Shown: positions 20,319 to 30,407, numbered from the stretch's first letter. The stretch is DNA of 64,000 bases from an uncultured Gemmatimonadales bacterium (GCA_963844035.1 CAWJMT010000004.1:320001-384000); one strand, 5' to 3'. The notes: generated from the sequence alone by a model not told the origin. Program-made: numbers and translations.

Positions 20319-21284
20319 ATGAAGCGACCCACGATCGACCTGATCTACCACGGAGTGATCGGCGGCATCCTCGCAGGGCTGGTGGTAGTGGTGTGGTTCC
20401 TCATCGTCGACTCCTTTGCCGGCCGGCCGTTCCACACTCCAGCGACGCTGGCAGGCGCGATCTTCGACCATCGCCCGCACGTCGGGACGACGGTGCGCTT
20501 GATCGCGCTGTACTCCGTGCTGCACTTCGCGGTGTTCGCACTCCTCGGCGTGTGCGCCGCCTGGGTCGTGACGACACTGCACACCGCGCCCCGTCTGCTG
20601 CTCGGCGTGCTGTTCGGGATCGTGGTCCAGGAGTTGTTCTTCTACTCAGGGCTGGCTCTGAGCGGACTGGCGCCTTCGGGAGTGGTCCCATGGCGGCACG
20701 TGATCGGTGCCAATCTGGTGTCCGGCATGGTCCTCATGGCGTACCTGCACCGGGCGTCACGGGCCGATCTGCCGCTGGGATTGGCGTCGCTGCGGGTGCA
20801 CCCACTTGCCCGCCGAAGCCTGATGACCGGCCTGGTGGGTGCGGCGGTAGTTGCACTCTGGTTCCTCGTCCTCGATATCATGGCCGGCGTGCCGCTCAGG
20901 ACGCCCTATGCGCTCGGTGCCGCTGTGCTGTTCGGGGCGCAGAACGCTTTCGAGGGCTCCTTCTACTTCGGCATCGTGGCGGTGTACAGCGTGATCCATG
21001 TGATCGCCTTCGCGATCGCCGGCGCCGTGTTCGTGGCCATCGCGGAGCAGATCGAGCGCTCGCCCTCGTTCTTGTTGTTGGCCGTCATGACCGCGATCGT
21101 GCTCGAGGCGGTCGTCGTCACGAGCCTCGCGCTCAGCGCTCAATGGGTGTTGGGCACGGTGGGCATCTGGTCGGTGTTTGTCGGCAACCTGCTCGCCGTC
21201 GCGGCGATGGGGTGGTACGTGTGGCGTACCCATCCAATCCTTCAGCACGCGCTGCGCACGCACCCGTTGCAGGTTCGGGTTTAG
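20319..21284 (+). CDS. Integral membrane protein of unknown function with internal duplication
   Basis: RBS AGGAGG. Two homologous halves (WFLIVD..GRPFHTP..YSVLH / WFLVLD..GVPLRTP..YSVIH). Confidence 0.8.
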   Translation: MKRPTIDLIYHGVIGGILAGLVVVVWFLIVDSFAGRPFHTPATLAGAIFDHRPHVGTTVRLIALYSVLHFAVFALLGVCAAWVVTTLHTAPRLLLGVLFGIVVQELFFYSGLALSGLAPSGVVPWRHVIGANLVSGMVLMAYLHRASRADLPLGLASLRVHPLARRSLMTGLVGAAVVALWFLVLDIMAGVPLRTPYALGAAVLFGAQNAFEGSFYFGIVAVYSVIHVIAFAIAGAVFVAIAEQIERSPSFLLLAVMTAIVLEAVVVTSLALSAQWVLGTVGIWSVFVGNLLAVAAMGWYVWRTHPILQHALRTHPLQVRV

Positions 21285-21302
21285 CAGATCGGGCCAGCCG
21301 CT

Positions 21303-21332
21303 TGTAGGGGCACGACATGTCGTGCCCCTACA
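21303..21332. repeat. Perfect 30-bp palindrome, GTAG-type REP-like element / bidirectional terminator
   Basis: TGTAGGGGCACGACATGTCGTGCCCCTACA between convergent genes. Confidence 0.75.
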
Positions 21333-21341
21333 CCGCGGCCC

Positions 21342-21755
21342 CTACGGCACGCCCCGTCGCGCCACCGCCAGCAGCGCGATCCCGCCGCGCACGTTCTGGT
21401 TCACCTGCACACTCACCGCTTTCGGCTGTACAGCGTAGACGAGATCGTCGGCGATCCGGGCGGCAAGGCTCTCACAGAACGCCCCTTCGTCGCGGTACGA
21501 CCAGAGATAGAACTTCAGCGCCTTGGACTCGATGCAGCGCTCCCCCGGCGTGTACTCGATGATGACGCTGCCGAAATCCGGCTGACCGGTCCGCGGGCAG
21601 ATGGACGTGAACTCGGTGGCCGTGAGGGTCACACTCTGCACGTCGGGCGCTGGAAATGCCTCGGCCTTGAGGTATTCCCGTGCCTCGAGCGGATTGGCAG
21701 GACGCGGGAGCGGGCCGGTGCGGGGCAGCCCGCGCTCGTGCGGGGTCATAGGCAT
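21342..21755 (-). CDS. queF: preQ1 synthase (7-cyano-7-deazaguanine reductase)
   Basis: EFTSICPRTGQPDFG, ESKALKFYL, VRGGI. Confidence 0.93.
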   Translation of the reverse strand: MPMTPHERGLPRTGPLPRPANPLEAREYLKAEAFPAPDVQSVTLTATEFTSICPRTGQPDFGSVIIEYTPGERCIESKALKFYLWSYRDEGAFCESLAARIADDLVYAVQPKAVSVQVNQNVRGGIALLAVARRGVP

Positions 21756-21869
21756 GCGGCTCCTCGACTGGTCACTGTATCGCTATCCCTGGGATGACGC
21801 GTTTAGCTTTCGAAACGTAATGACCCCTGCAGCCGCCTGCTCCGGCACCCGCCGGCCGGTTCCCCACCG

Positions 21870-22592
21870 ATGACCAAGCCCCGACCGAAGGGCGTCGTGC
21901 TGCTCAGCGGCGGACTCGACTCGGCGACGGCGCTGGCCATCGCCGGGCGCGACGGGTTCGAGCTGTACGCCCTCACGTTCCGCTACGGCCAGCGCCACGC
22001 GGTCGAGATCGAGGCTGCGCGGCGCGTCGCGCAGGCGCACCGGGTCGCGCGTCATGAGATCGTGGAGTTCGACCTGCGCCAGTTCGGGGGGTCGGCCCTC
22101 ACCGACGACATCTCGGTCCCCAAGGACCGATCGCCCGACGCCATGAGCCGCGAGATCCCGGTCACCTACGTGCCGGCGCGGAATACCATTTTCCTCTCGT
22201 TCGCCCTCGCCTGGGCGGAGGTCGTTGGCGCGAGCGACATCTTCATCGGGGTCAACGCTCTCGACTACAGCGGCTATCCCGATTGCCGGCCGGAATACAT
22301 CGCCGCCTTCGAAGCGATGGCCAACCTCGCGACCAAGGCGGGGGTCGAGGGACGGCAGCGTCTGCGCATTCACACACCGCTCATCGCCCTCTCCAAGCAC
22401 GAGATCATCCGGACCGGCCTCGCGCTCGGCGTGGACTACGCGCTCACCACGAGCTGCTACGATCCGGCCGCCGGTGGAGACGCGTGCGGCAGATGCGATG
22501 CGTGCGTGCTGCGCTTGAAGGGCTTTGCCGCAGCCGGCGTCCGCGACCCGATTCGCTACCGTGGCGCGGTGGAGGTGGGCGGGGCGCCATGA
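21870..22592 (+). CDS. queC: 7-cyano-7-deazaguanine synthase
   Basis: [37 protein letters not shown]...CGRCDAC. Confidence 0.96.
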   Translation: MTKPRPKGVVLLSGGLDSATALAIAGRDGFELYALTFRYGQRHAVEIEAARRVAQAHRVARHEIVEFDLRQFGGSALTDDISVPKDRSPDAMSREIPVTYVPARNTIFLSFALAWAEVVGASDIFIGVNALDYSGYPDCRPEYIAAFEAMANLATKAGVEGRQRLRIHTPLIALSKHEIIRTGLALGVDYALTTSCYDPAAGGDACGRCDACVLRLKGFAAAGVRDPIRYRGAVEVGGAP

Positions 22593-23231
22593 GCTACACC
22601 GTGAAGGAGATCTACTACACGCTCCAAGGTGAAGGTGCGAACGCGGGGCGTCCGGCCGTGTTCTTGCGATTCGCCGGCTGCAACCTGTGGTCGGGGCGTG
22701 AGGAAGACCGGGCCGCCGCTGTGTGCGATTTCTGCGACACCGACTTCGTCGGGACCGATGGGCCGGGCGGAGGGAAGTTCGCGGGGGCACCCGAGCTGGC
22801 TGACGCGGTCGCCGCGCTCTGGCCGCATCCGCCGTCGAGCCGAATGAGGGCGTTCGTGGTCTGCACCGGAGGCGAGCCGCTGCTGCAGCTCGATCGAGCG
22901 TTGATCGCCGCCCTGCACCACGCGGGGTTCGAGATCGCCGTCGAAACGAATGGCACGATGCTGCCGCCACCGGGGATCGACTGGGTGTGCGTCAGCCCGA
23001 AGGCGCGTGCGGACCTGGTGCTCCGCTCCGGGCGACGAGCTGAAGATCGTTTTCCCTCAACAGGGGCTCGACCCCGAGGCCCTCGCCCGGCTCGACTTCC
23101 GCCACTTTTCTCTGCAGCCGATGGACGGGCCCGAGCGGACACGGAACACGGAGCTCGCGACTCGTTACTGCCTCGAACATCCCCAGTGGCGGCTCAGCCT
23201 CCAGACCCACAAGCTGCTCGGCATCCCATAG
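22589..23231 (+). CDS. queE: 7-carboxy-7-deazaguanine synthase (radical SAM), frameshift near 23031
   Basis: [47 protein letters not shown]. Confidence 0.93.
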
Positions 23232-23241
23232 CGCAGGGCGC

Positions 23242-24304
23242 CTACCGCCCCCGCGGCGCCGTCTTTCTCCTCGCCTTCTTCGCGGCCTTCCGTGCCTTCT
23301 TCGCGGCCTTCTTGAGCATCTTCTTGGCCTTCTTGGCTGCCTTCTTGGTCGCCTTCTTGGCTTTCTTGGCCGCCTTCCGGGTCGCCTTCTCGATCTTCTT
23401 GGCCGCCTTCGCCGCCTTCTTCGTGAGTTTCTCAGGGAGCGTCTCGGTGGCCTGCTTGGCGGCCTGTTTGGCGGCCTTCTTCGCGACCTTCTTGCCGCCA
23501 ACGCTCAGCTTGCGCGTCACCTTTTCCTGGGCCCAATTGGACAGGACAGCGAACGCCGCCCCTTGGGGATCCATACACTGCGTGATGCGGCCCTCGCCCG
23601 GGATGTCCATCGGGCCGTTCAAGACTTTGCCGCCCAGGCGCTGCACGGTTCCCGCGGTGCTGTCCGCGCTCGCCACTACCGCGTAGCACAACCAGCTGGG
23701 TGGCGCCGTCATCTCAGGCGGTCGGTTGAACATCCCGCCGATCATTTGCCCGCCGCGCCCGAACGTCAGGTAGATCCCCATCGGGCCCATGTCCATCTCG
23801 TCCATCTTCTCCCAACCAAACAGCTGTTCGTAGAAGGCCCACGCGGCGCGCCAGTCGGTCGTCGTCAGCTCGTGCCAGCCGAACTCCCCGGGCTTGGCGG
23901 CCCCGTCGTGACCCGGGACGCCGGTCGTCGAGCTGAACAACGCAAACGTCGCTCCCTGAGGATCGCCGAGCACCGCGAAACGTCCCATGGTCGGGATGTC
24001 CTGCGGTGCGACGTACTGGCGCGCGCCCAGGCCCACCGCTTCGCGCAGCGGACGCATCCACGTCCGGCACGGCGACGTACATCACCCAACTCGGCGGCGT
24101 CCCCATCTTGCGCGCCTCGTCGGGCAGTGCCATCAGCCCGCCGACCGGCGTGTCCCCGGCGGTCCACATCGTGTACGAGGAGTCCCCTTCCCACTCCTCG
24201 GTGCCCCAGCCCACCACCGTCTTGTAGAAGGCCATGGCGGCCTTCGGATCGGTGGTCATCAGCTCGTTCCAGCAGATGCGGCCGCGGGGAAATGCCTTAG
24301 GCAT
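23242..24304 (-). CDS. VOC/glyoxalase double-domain protein with Lys/Ala-rich C-terminal tail, frameshift near 24040
   Basis: GRICWNELMTTD...FYKTVVGW, GRFAVLGDPQGA, FGWHELTTTD, DPQGAAFA, then KKAAK repeats. Confidence 0.85.
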
Positions 24305-24440
24305 GGAGCGCTCCTATGCGGTGTCGAGAGCAAGAATGACGGGCTTTGAACGCTAGCGTCCGGCCGTTTTCGCGGCTAGAGGTGCGTCCGATCGCGCCGC
24401 AGACTTGCGTCCACCCCTGGGATGGTCAAATACTTGTTTG

Positions 24441-25205
24441 ATGGCCGAGAATCGACTCGACGTGGAGTGCACCCAGACCCAGGCTCCACGGCGCGGATGG
24501 TTGTTCCGTGCGCTGTGGCCCGTCACGTCATACCTCGTCACGAACCTCACCGTGACGTTTTTCGGCGTGCTCTTCTTCATTTTCAATCGCACCACCGTGC
24601 TCGGCCGCGGCAATGTCGGCGAGCGGCCCAATACCCTGCTCCTTTCAAACCACCAGTCCATGCTGGACAGTTTCCTGGTGGGAATGGGCGCGTTTTATCC
24701 CCAGTCGTGGTGGAAGCCCTACCTGATGCCGTGGAACCCCGCCGCGGCGGAGAATTTCTACAAGAACCCGGTCCTTGCCTGGCTGGCGGACAACTGGAAA
24801 TGCATCTCAGTACGCGCCGGGCGCCGGGACCTGCAGGCGCTCAATCGGATGACGCAGGTGCTGCCGGAGGGCGTGATGACCTTGTTTCCAGAGGGCACGC
24901 GGACGCGGGATGGGTGCGTGGGGGAAGGGCGCGCCGGGCCGGGACTGTTGGTCCTAGGGACTCATCCGCGGGTGATCCCCGTGGCGATCGAGGGGATGCA
25001 AGACGTACTGCCCATCGGCTGCTTCGTACCGCGGCTCGGCAAGCGGGTCTACGTCGCCTACGGCCCTCCGGTCGACTACTCCGACCTGCTCTCGCAGCCC
25101 GCGTCGCGCGAGACCGCGCAGGCGTTGATGGACCGCGTCATGGACGCGATCCGCACCCAGCACGCCGAGCTGCGGCTTATTCGATCTCGAACTCGAGGAA
25201 CTTGA
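24441..25205 (+). CDS. Lysophospholipid acyltransferase (PlsC-like)
   Basis: SNHQSMLD and LFPEGTR motifs. Start could be the TTG at 24405. Confidence 0.88.
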   Translation: MAENRLDVECTQTQAPRRGWLFRALWPVTSYLVTNLTVTFFGVLFFIFNRTTVLGRGNVGERPNTLLLSNHQSMLDSFLVGMGAFYPQSWWKPYLMPWNPAAAENFYKNPVLAWLADNWKCISVRAGRRDLQALNRMTQVLPEGVMTLFPEGTRTRDGCVGEGRAGPGLLVLGTHPRVIPVAIEGMQDVLPIGCFVPRLGKRVYVAYGPPVDYSDLLSQPASRETAQALMDRVMDAIRTQHAELRLIRSRTRGT

Positions 25206-26613
25206 AGACACCCTCGCGCTCGATCTGCAGCACAGCGGCGCTCCCCACCTTGAGGTCGCGCAGCACGGTGCGGAGCTCGTCGAGGCCCGACACGCGCTTG
25301 CGGTTGACCGAGTGAATCACGTCGCCCGGAACCAGCCCGCTCTCCACGCTCCCGCCGTATCCTGCCAGCGCCACCACCAGCACCCCTGAGGGCGACCGGA
25401 GCCCCGGAACGGCGTTGGTCGAGATGGAATCGAGAGCGATCCCGATGATCCCGATGCGACGTACCAGATTCCGCTCGGGATCGACGCCCTCCATCAGCCG
25501 GTTGAAGCGGTCGGGCCGTTCGACCACCGGAATCTCGAGCGTGAGCGGCTGCGTCCCGCGCAGCACGTCGAGCCGCACCGTCTTGCCGACGTTGCGCAGC
25601 GTGAGGGTGGACACGAACTCCGCGAGGCTCCCCACCGGCTGACCGTTCATCGCGACGACGACGTCGCCGATCGCGAGGCCCGACGCCTCCGCCGGTCCGC
25701 CCGGAGCGACATCTTCGAGCAGCAATCCCCAGCTGCGTGCCAGGCCCAGGCCTTCGGCGAGCTCCGGCGTGATCTCGATGGCGCGGATCCCGATGATGCC
25801 GCGATGCACCGTACCGTGCGAGCGCAGCTGCTTGTAGACGAACTGCACGATGCCGCTCGGGATCGCGAAGCCGAGCCCCTCGCTGCCGCCGCTCTTGCTG
25901 AGGATGAAGTTGTTGATCCCCACGAGCGCGCCGTCGGCATCGGCGAGCGGCCCGCCGGAGTTGCCGGGGTTGATGGGAGCGTCGGTCTGGATGTAGACCA
26001 CGGGCCGTTGAGGATCGATCTCCCGGGCCACGGAGCTGACGACGCCCATCGTCACGGTGTTGGCGAGGCCCGCCGGGCTGCCAAACGCGAACACCAGCTC
26101 ACCCTTGCGCAGTTTGTCCGAGTCGCCGAACGGCATCGCCGGGAGACCGGTGGTGTCGACCTTGAGTACGGCGATGTCGGTCTCCGCATCGACCCCGACG
26201 ACATGGGCGTTCATGATCGGGCCCACCAGCGGTCGACTCGTCCCGGATCCGGCGGGACCGATCGTCAGCGCGACCCGCACGCGCTCGGCACCGCTCACCA
26301 CGTGCGCGTTGGTCAGGATGAATCCGGCGGGATCGACGATCACCCCGGAGCCGATGATGCGCTGCCGCTCGAGGACCGCCATCCCCTGGGATGCCCCGCT
26401 CGAGCCCAGCGCCGTGACTAGGATCTGGACGACCGAGGGTGAGACTCGCCGCGTCAGCGCCTCGACGGCGTTGCCGAACTGCCGCAACGAGGGCGCGGGT
26501 TGCTCGGCGCCTTTGCGCTGGCCGGCGAGAGGCGCCGCCAGCAAAACGGCCAAGGCGGCGAGGAGTGACACTCGGCTGCAGGTGGGACGCGAACGCATCA
26601 GATTGGCTTTCAT
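25177..26613 (-). CDS. HtrA/DegP-family serine protease with two PDZ domains
   Basis: Signal peptide, LTNAHVV, DIAVLK, QTDAPINPGNSGG. Confidence 0.92.
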   Translation of the reverse strand: MKANLMRSRPTCSRVSLLAALAVLLAAPLAGQRKGAEQPAPSLRQFGNAVEALTRRVSPSVVQILVTALGSSGASQGMAVLERQRIIGSGVIVDPAGFILTNAHVVSGAERVRVALTIGPAGSGTSRPLVGPIMNAHVVGVDAETDIAVLKVDTTGLPAMPFGDSDKLRKGELVFAFGSPAGLANTVTMGVVSSVAREIDPQRPVVYIQTDAPINPGNSGGPLADADGALVGINNFILSKSGGSEGLGFAIPSGIVQFVYKQLRSHGTVHRGIIGIRAIEITPELAEGLGLARSWGLLLEDVAPGGPAEASGLAIGDVVVAMNGQPVGSLAEFVSTLTLRNVGKTVRLDVLRGTQPLTLEIPVVERPDRFNRLMEGVDPERNLVRRIGIIGIALDSISTNAVPGLRSPSGVLVVALAGYGGSVESGLVPGDVIHSVNRKRVSGLDELRTVLRDLKVGSAAVLQIEREGVFKFLEFEIE

Positions 26614-26701
26614 TGTCCTCATCCTGCGGGAGAGGTCCGATAACGAACACGGCGCCCTCACGTGCGGGGCGCCGTCCTCGTCCTGGTGGTGCCGTGCGTG
26701 A

Positions 26702-26911
26702 TTACAGCTTCACGACGTTCTGCGCCGCCGGGCCCTTCTGACCATCGACCACTTCGAACTCCACCCGCTGGCCTTCGGCCAGCGACTTAAAACCTTCCGC
26801 TTGAATCGCGGTGTGGTGCACGAAGCAATCCTTGCCGCCGTTTTCGGGCGTAATGAAGCCGAACCCCTTGGCGTCGTTGAACCACTTCACGGTACCGGTA
26901 ATGCGTGCCAT
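26702..26911 (-). CDS. cspA: Cold-shock protein
   Basis: [30 protein letters not shown]. Confidence 0.96.
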   Translation of the reverse strand: MARITGTVKWFNDAKGFGFITPENGGKDCFVHHTAIQAEGFKSLAEGQRVEFEVVDGQKGPAAQNVVKL

Positions 26912-26929
26912 CTGTGTAATACTCCTGAC

Positions 26930-27127
26930 TTATGACTGTTCCCGGCGACGCGCGCGCTTCACCTTACGGCGAGCCGCGGCCTTGTCCTTCCGCCGCCGTC
27001 GAACGGACGGGCTCTCATAGAATCGTTTCTTCTTGAGATCCTGGAATAGGCCAGCTTTGGTAATCTGCCTGCGGAACTTCTTTAAGACGAAGTCCAGCCG
27101 ATCATTTTCGCTGAGCGTGACTTCCAC
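26930..27127 (-). CDS. rpsU: 30S ribosomal protein S21
   Basis: GTG after RBS AAAGGGA; LKKFRRQITKAGLFQDLKKKRFYESPS. Confidence 0.9.
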   Translation of the reverse strand: MEVTLSENDRLDFVLKKFRRQITKAGLFQDLKKKRFYESPSVRRRRKDKAAARRKVKRARRREQS

Positions 27128-27429
27128 GCGATCCCTTTCCGAGGAGAGTGCTGATCCAGAAACAAACAAAGGACCATGGGCGACAGCCCAGGTCCTCATA
27201 TCGGTCACTGGTGTTCAGCTCACGGCACTATGCCGCGGCCCTTTCGCTCGCTGCAAGCATCGCACGGGGGACCCCAAATGTCAACCACCGGGAATGCCCC
27301 GCCAAGTGGGACGTTCCGTGGCGCCGGCGCGACACGCGACCAGCAGCGCCCCTGCTGACCGCCTGCGGCACACCGCATGCGCCGCACGCGAGCATGACGT
27401 TCGCCCTCGTCCTGGCCGCTTTGACCCAA

Positions 27430-27605
27430 TACACGTTCGCATACGAGCGTGGCGAATTTCGCGAGACGCGGTTCACGTGCCGCCCGGCACCAACGCGCGG
27501 TCTCAGGGGTATAGCTATGACGCCGCTACGCGCGTCGTGACAGTGCGATTGCGCGAGTCGGGATTTGCGACAGCGGATCGTGGTCAAGTGCCTTCGCTGG
27601 TTTGA
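27430..27605 (+). pseudogene. Possible relic of a GH31 C-terminal domain
   Basis: TFAYERGEFRETRF and [14 protein letters not shown] in different frames. Resemblance is by eye only. Confidence 0.3.
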
Positions 27606-27630
27606 CTTCAGCGTGTCAACCCGCTACACT
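27602..27630 (+). promoter_or_regulatory. Sigma70 promoter of infA
   Basis: TTGACT-17-TACACT. Confidence 0.7.
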
Positions 27631-27682
27631 TTGTGCTGCGTCGCGCACGCAATCCATCGCGTGCCGAGAGCGGACAACCAGG

Positions 27683-27714
27683 CGGGATTGGCCGATGCGC
27701 CCGTCCCGTTTTTT
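27683..27714 (+). terminator. Terminator-like hairpin inside the infA 5' UTR
   Basis: CGGGATTGGC-CGATGC-GCCCGTCCCG then TTTTTT. Confidence 0.55.
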
Positions 27715-27750
27715 GTTTCCGCGAGCGCCAACCAATCCGGGCGGTTTTCG

Positions 27751-27969
27751 ATGGCCAAAGAAGAAGCAATCGAGATGAACGGAACGGTCGAAGAGGTGCT
27801 ACGGAACGCAACGTTCCGCGTGCTCTTGAGCAACGGGCATTACGTCCTCGCTACCATGGCAGGCAAGATGCGTCGGTTTCGAATCCGAGTTCTCGCTGGT
27901 GACCGCGTCACACTCGCGGTCTCTCCCTACGACCTGACGCGCGGTCGCATCACCTTCAGGCACAAGTGA
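27751..27969 (+). CDS. infA: Translation initiation factor IF-1
   Basis: [17 protein letters not shown]...[33 protein letters not shown]. Confidence 0.96.
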   Translation: MAKEEAIEMNGTVEEVLRNATFRVLLSNGHYVLATMAGKMRRFRIRVLAGDRVTLAVSPYDLTRGRITFRHK

Positions 27970-28175
27970 GCCGGGCCCTCGCCCGGGCCGGCATGATGAC
28001 CGCCGGCGGCCCACCCCGCTGCCCGCAGTGCGGGCAGCGCCTCGGCTTCGGTACCGATCGCTTGGGTCGTACGACCGAAACGTGCCCCTGCGGATACCGG
28101 GGATACGTTGCACTGCGCGAAGTCGAGGTCCCGGTCGCCGTCCCGCTGGTTGGGAGCGACAGACCGCGCGCCTAG
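27966..28175 (+). CDS. Small CPxCG/CxCG zinc-finger microprotein
   Basis: GTGA overlap with the infA stop; RCPQCG...TCPCGY. Confidence 0.55.
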   Translation: MSRALARAGMMTAGGPPRCPQCGQRLGFGTDRLGRTTETCPCGYRGYVALREVEVPVAVPLVGSDRPRA

Positions 28176-28228
28176 CAGGTCCAAGGCGTCGGAACCCTCC
28201 ACACGCGATAGCCGTTCCTGTCGTGTCC

Positions 28229-29096
28229 ATGTCCGAGAAAAGCGTCGATCTGGGTGGCACGTTCGTACTGGGCGGAGACCTCCCGGTGCATCGCCTGGGG
28301 TTCGGCGCGATGCGGATCACGGGCCCGGGTGTGTGGGGCGAGCCGCGGGATCGCGCCGTGGCGATCGCCGTGCTCAAGCGGGTGGTCGAGCTCGGGATCA
28401 CGTTGATCGACACCGCCGACTCATACGGTCCCGAAGTCAGCGAACGTCTCATCGCCACTGCACTGCACCCCTACCCGCCATCGCTCGTAATCGCCACGAA
28501 GGCGGGGTTCGATCGTCCGGGCCCCGGCCAATGGAAAGAGAACGGGCGCCCGGCACACCTGCGCACCGCGTGCGAAGGCTCGCTGCGCCGTCTGAAGCTC
28601 GAGCGCATCGACCTGTTCCAACTGCACCGCATCGATCCCGCCGTTGCGATGGAAGACCAGGTCGGCACCCTGATCCGTCTCCAGGAAGAAGGCAAGATCC
28701 GCCACCTCGGCCTGTCCGAGGTCGGCGTCGAGGAGATTGAACGGGTACGCAAGCTCGTGCCGATCGTGTCGGTGCAGAACCGCTACAACCCGGTGGATCG
28801 GACCCACGACCCGGTGATCGACTACTGCGAACGCCACGGAATCGGATTTCTGCCGTGGTTTCCGCTCGGGAGCGGCGCGCTCGCTCGGGCCGGGGAGTCC
28901 GCTCGCCCGGGTCGCCGCCGAGCGGCACGCGACGCCCGCGCAGGTAGCGCTCGCCTGGCTGCTGCGCCGCTCCCCGGTGATGCTCCCCATTCCCGGGACC
29001 GGGAACGTGGCGCACCTCGAGGAAAATGCCGCAGCGACACAGCTCGAGCTCGGGGAGCAGGACTACGATCAAATCGCTCGCGCGTGCGACGCCTGA
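28229..29096 (+). CDS. Aldo/keto reductase, frameshift near 28900
   Basis: [31 protein letters not shown]; second frame ALAWLL..PIPGT..HLEEN. Confidence 0.9.
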
Positions 29097-29164
29097 ACGG
29101 CGTCTCCAGATGACGACCGGCCCGGTGTTGCGCTAGCTTACAGGGCACCTTCGGAGAGAATTGC

Positions 29165-29563
29165 GTGCTGCTCACACTTTGCAAATCCAAGCTGCACCGC
29201 GCGGTGGTCACTCAGGCTGCCCTGCACTACGAGGGGAGCATCACCATCGATGCCCGCCTGCTCGAGGCGGCTGAAATCCAGCCGTTCGAGCGGGTCCAGG
29301 TCGTCGATGTCGCGAACGGCGCGCGGTTCGACACCTACACGGTGGTGGGCGAAGCGGGGTCGGGGATGGTGTGCGTGAACGGCGCCGCCGCACGGCTGGT
29401 TCAGGTGGGAGATCCGGTGATCATCATTACCTACGCCCAGTTCACGCCCGAAGAAGCGAGCGGGTACCGACCGCGCATTGTGATCCTCAACGCCGACAAC
29501 TCGATCCGCGAGTCGTTCCTGGGCGACGCGCACAGCGTCGCGGGGTTGTCGGAGGCGCTCTAG
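29165..29563 (+). CDS. panD: Aspartate 1-decarboxylase
   Basis: [30 protein letters not shown]. Confidence 0.96.
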   Translation: MLLTLCKSKLHRAVVTQAALHYEGSITIDARLLEAAEIQPFERVQVVDVANGARFDTYTVVGEAGSGMVCVNGAAARLVQVGDPVIIITYAQFTPEEASGYRPRIVILNADNSIRESFLGDAHSVAGLSEAL

Positions 29564-30369
29564 CCCCAGCTGCCCCGGCTGAGTGTATCGAGTGCGGCCG
29601 CGGCATCTCCCCACCCGCCGCGGGCCTCACCCGCGAGCCAGCGGCGGATCAACTCTCCGAACCACGGCGGTATGGTGCGCAACTCGTCGAGCGTCTCCGA
29701 CTCGGGAGCCGGCGGCTGGCCGGTGAGCATCTCCTGGGCGAGCACCCCAACCGCATAGAGATCATCGGCCGGTCCCGGCACGGCGCCATTGCTGCCGCCG
29801 CGCCGTTCGGGACGGACATAGGAGGGCGCGCACAGTGCCGAGTGCGCCGCGCCCGCCGGTCCGGACGCGATGGCGCGACTCACCGCATCCACGATCCCAG
29901 TGTCCACTATCAGCACGCGCCCATCGGCGAGCAGCACGTTTTCGGGCTTGAGATCCCCGTGGGCCACCTGTTTTGCATGGACGTGCGCGAGCGCCGTGAG
30001 CACGCTGCGCAGAATTTCGACGGTGCGGTGGATCGGCATCTCGCCGTGGCGCGCCAACCAGGCCCGCAGCGTCGTGCCATCGACAAAGTGCCGCGTGTGG
30101 TAGATGAACGCCCCGGCGCGGCCGCCGCCTCGGGGGACCACGAGGTGGGGATCACCCAGCCGGTCCGCGAGGAGCAACAGCTCGCGCTCGAACCGCGCCG
30201 GGTCCACCACGAACGATAGGTCTCCGGGGAGAACTTTTACCAGCAGCTCTGCACCGTCCGGCAGCTCCAAAGCGACGAACAAACGGCAACCCCCGACCGG
30301 CCGCACCTCGCGCTCCACCATGTAGACGGGACCTAGCGCGGCCCCCAGCGACATGCGGAGTTCGGACAT
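29560..30369 (-). CDS. Stand-alone, degenerate Hanks-type Ser/Thr kinase domain
   Basis: [23 protein letters not shown] in place of DFG, DLYAVG. Confidence 0.8.
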   Translation of the reverse strand: MSELRMSLGAALGPVYMVEREVRPVGGCRLFVALELPDGAELLVKVLPGDLSFVVDPARFERELLLLADRLGDPHLVVPRGGGRAGAFIYHTRHFVDGTTLRAWLARHGEMPIHRTVEILRSVLTALAHVHAKQVAHGDLKPENVLLADGRVLIVDTGIVDAVSRAIASGPAGAAHSALCAPSYVRPERRGGSNGAVPGPADDLYAVGVLAQEMLTGQPPAPESETLDELRTIPPWFGELIRRWLAGEARGGWGDAAAALDTLSRGSWG

Positions 30370-30407
30370 GCAGCTAGTGTCGCATCTCTCGCGCCGCTCG
30401 ACAAGGG

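Noticed and set aside
22283..23686. 467-aa ORF joining QueE to an AAFL-repeat hydrophobic tail
   Set aside because: The tail is the antisense reading of the Lys/Ala-rich VOC tail, reached through the queE frameshift.
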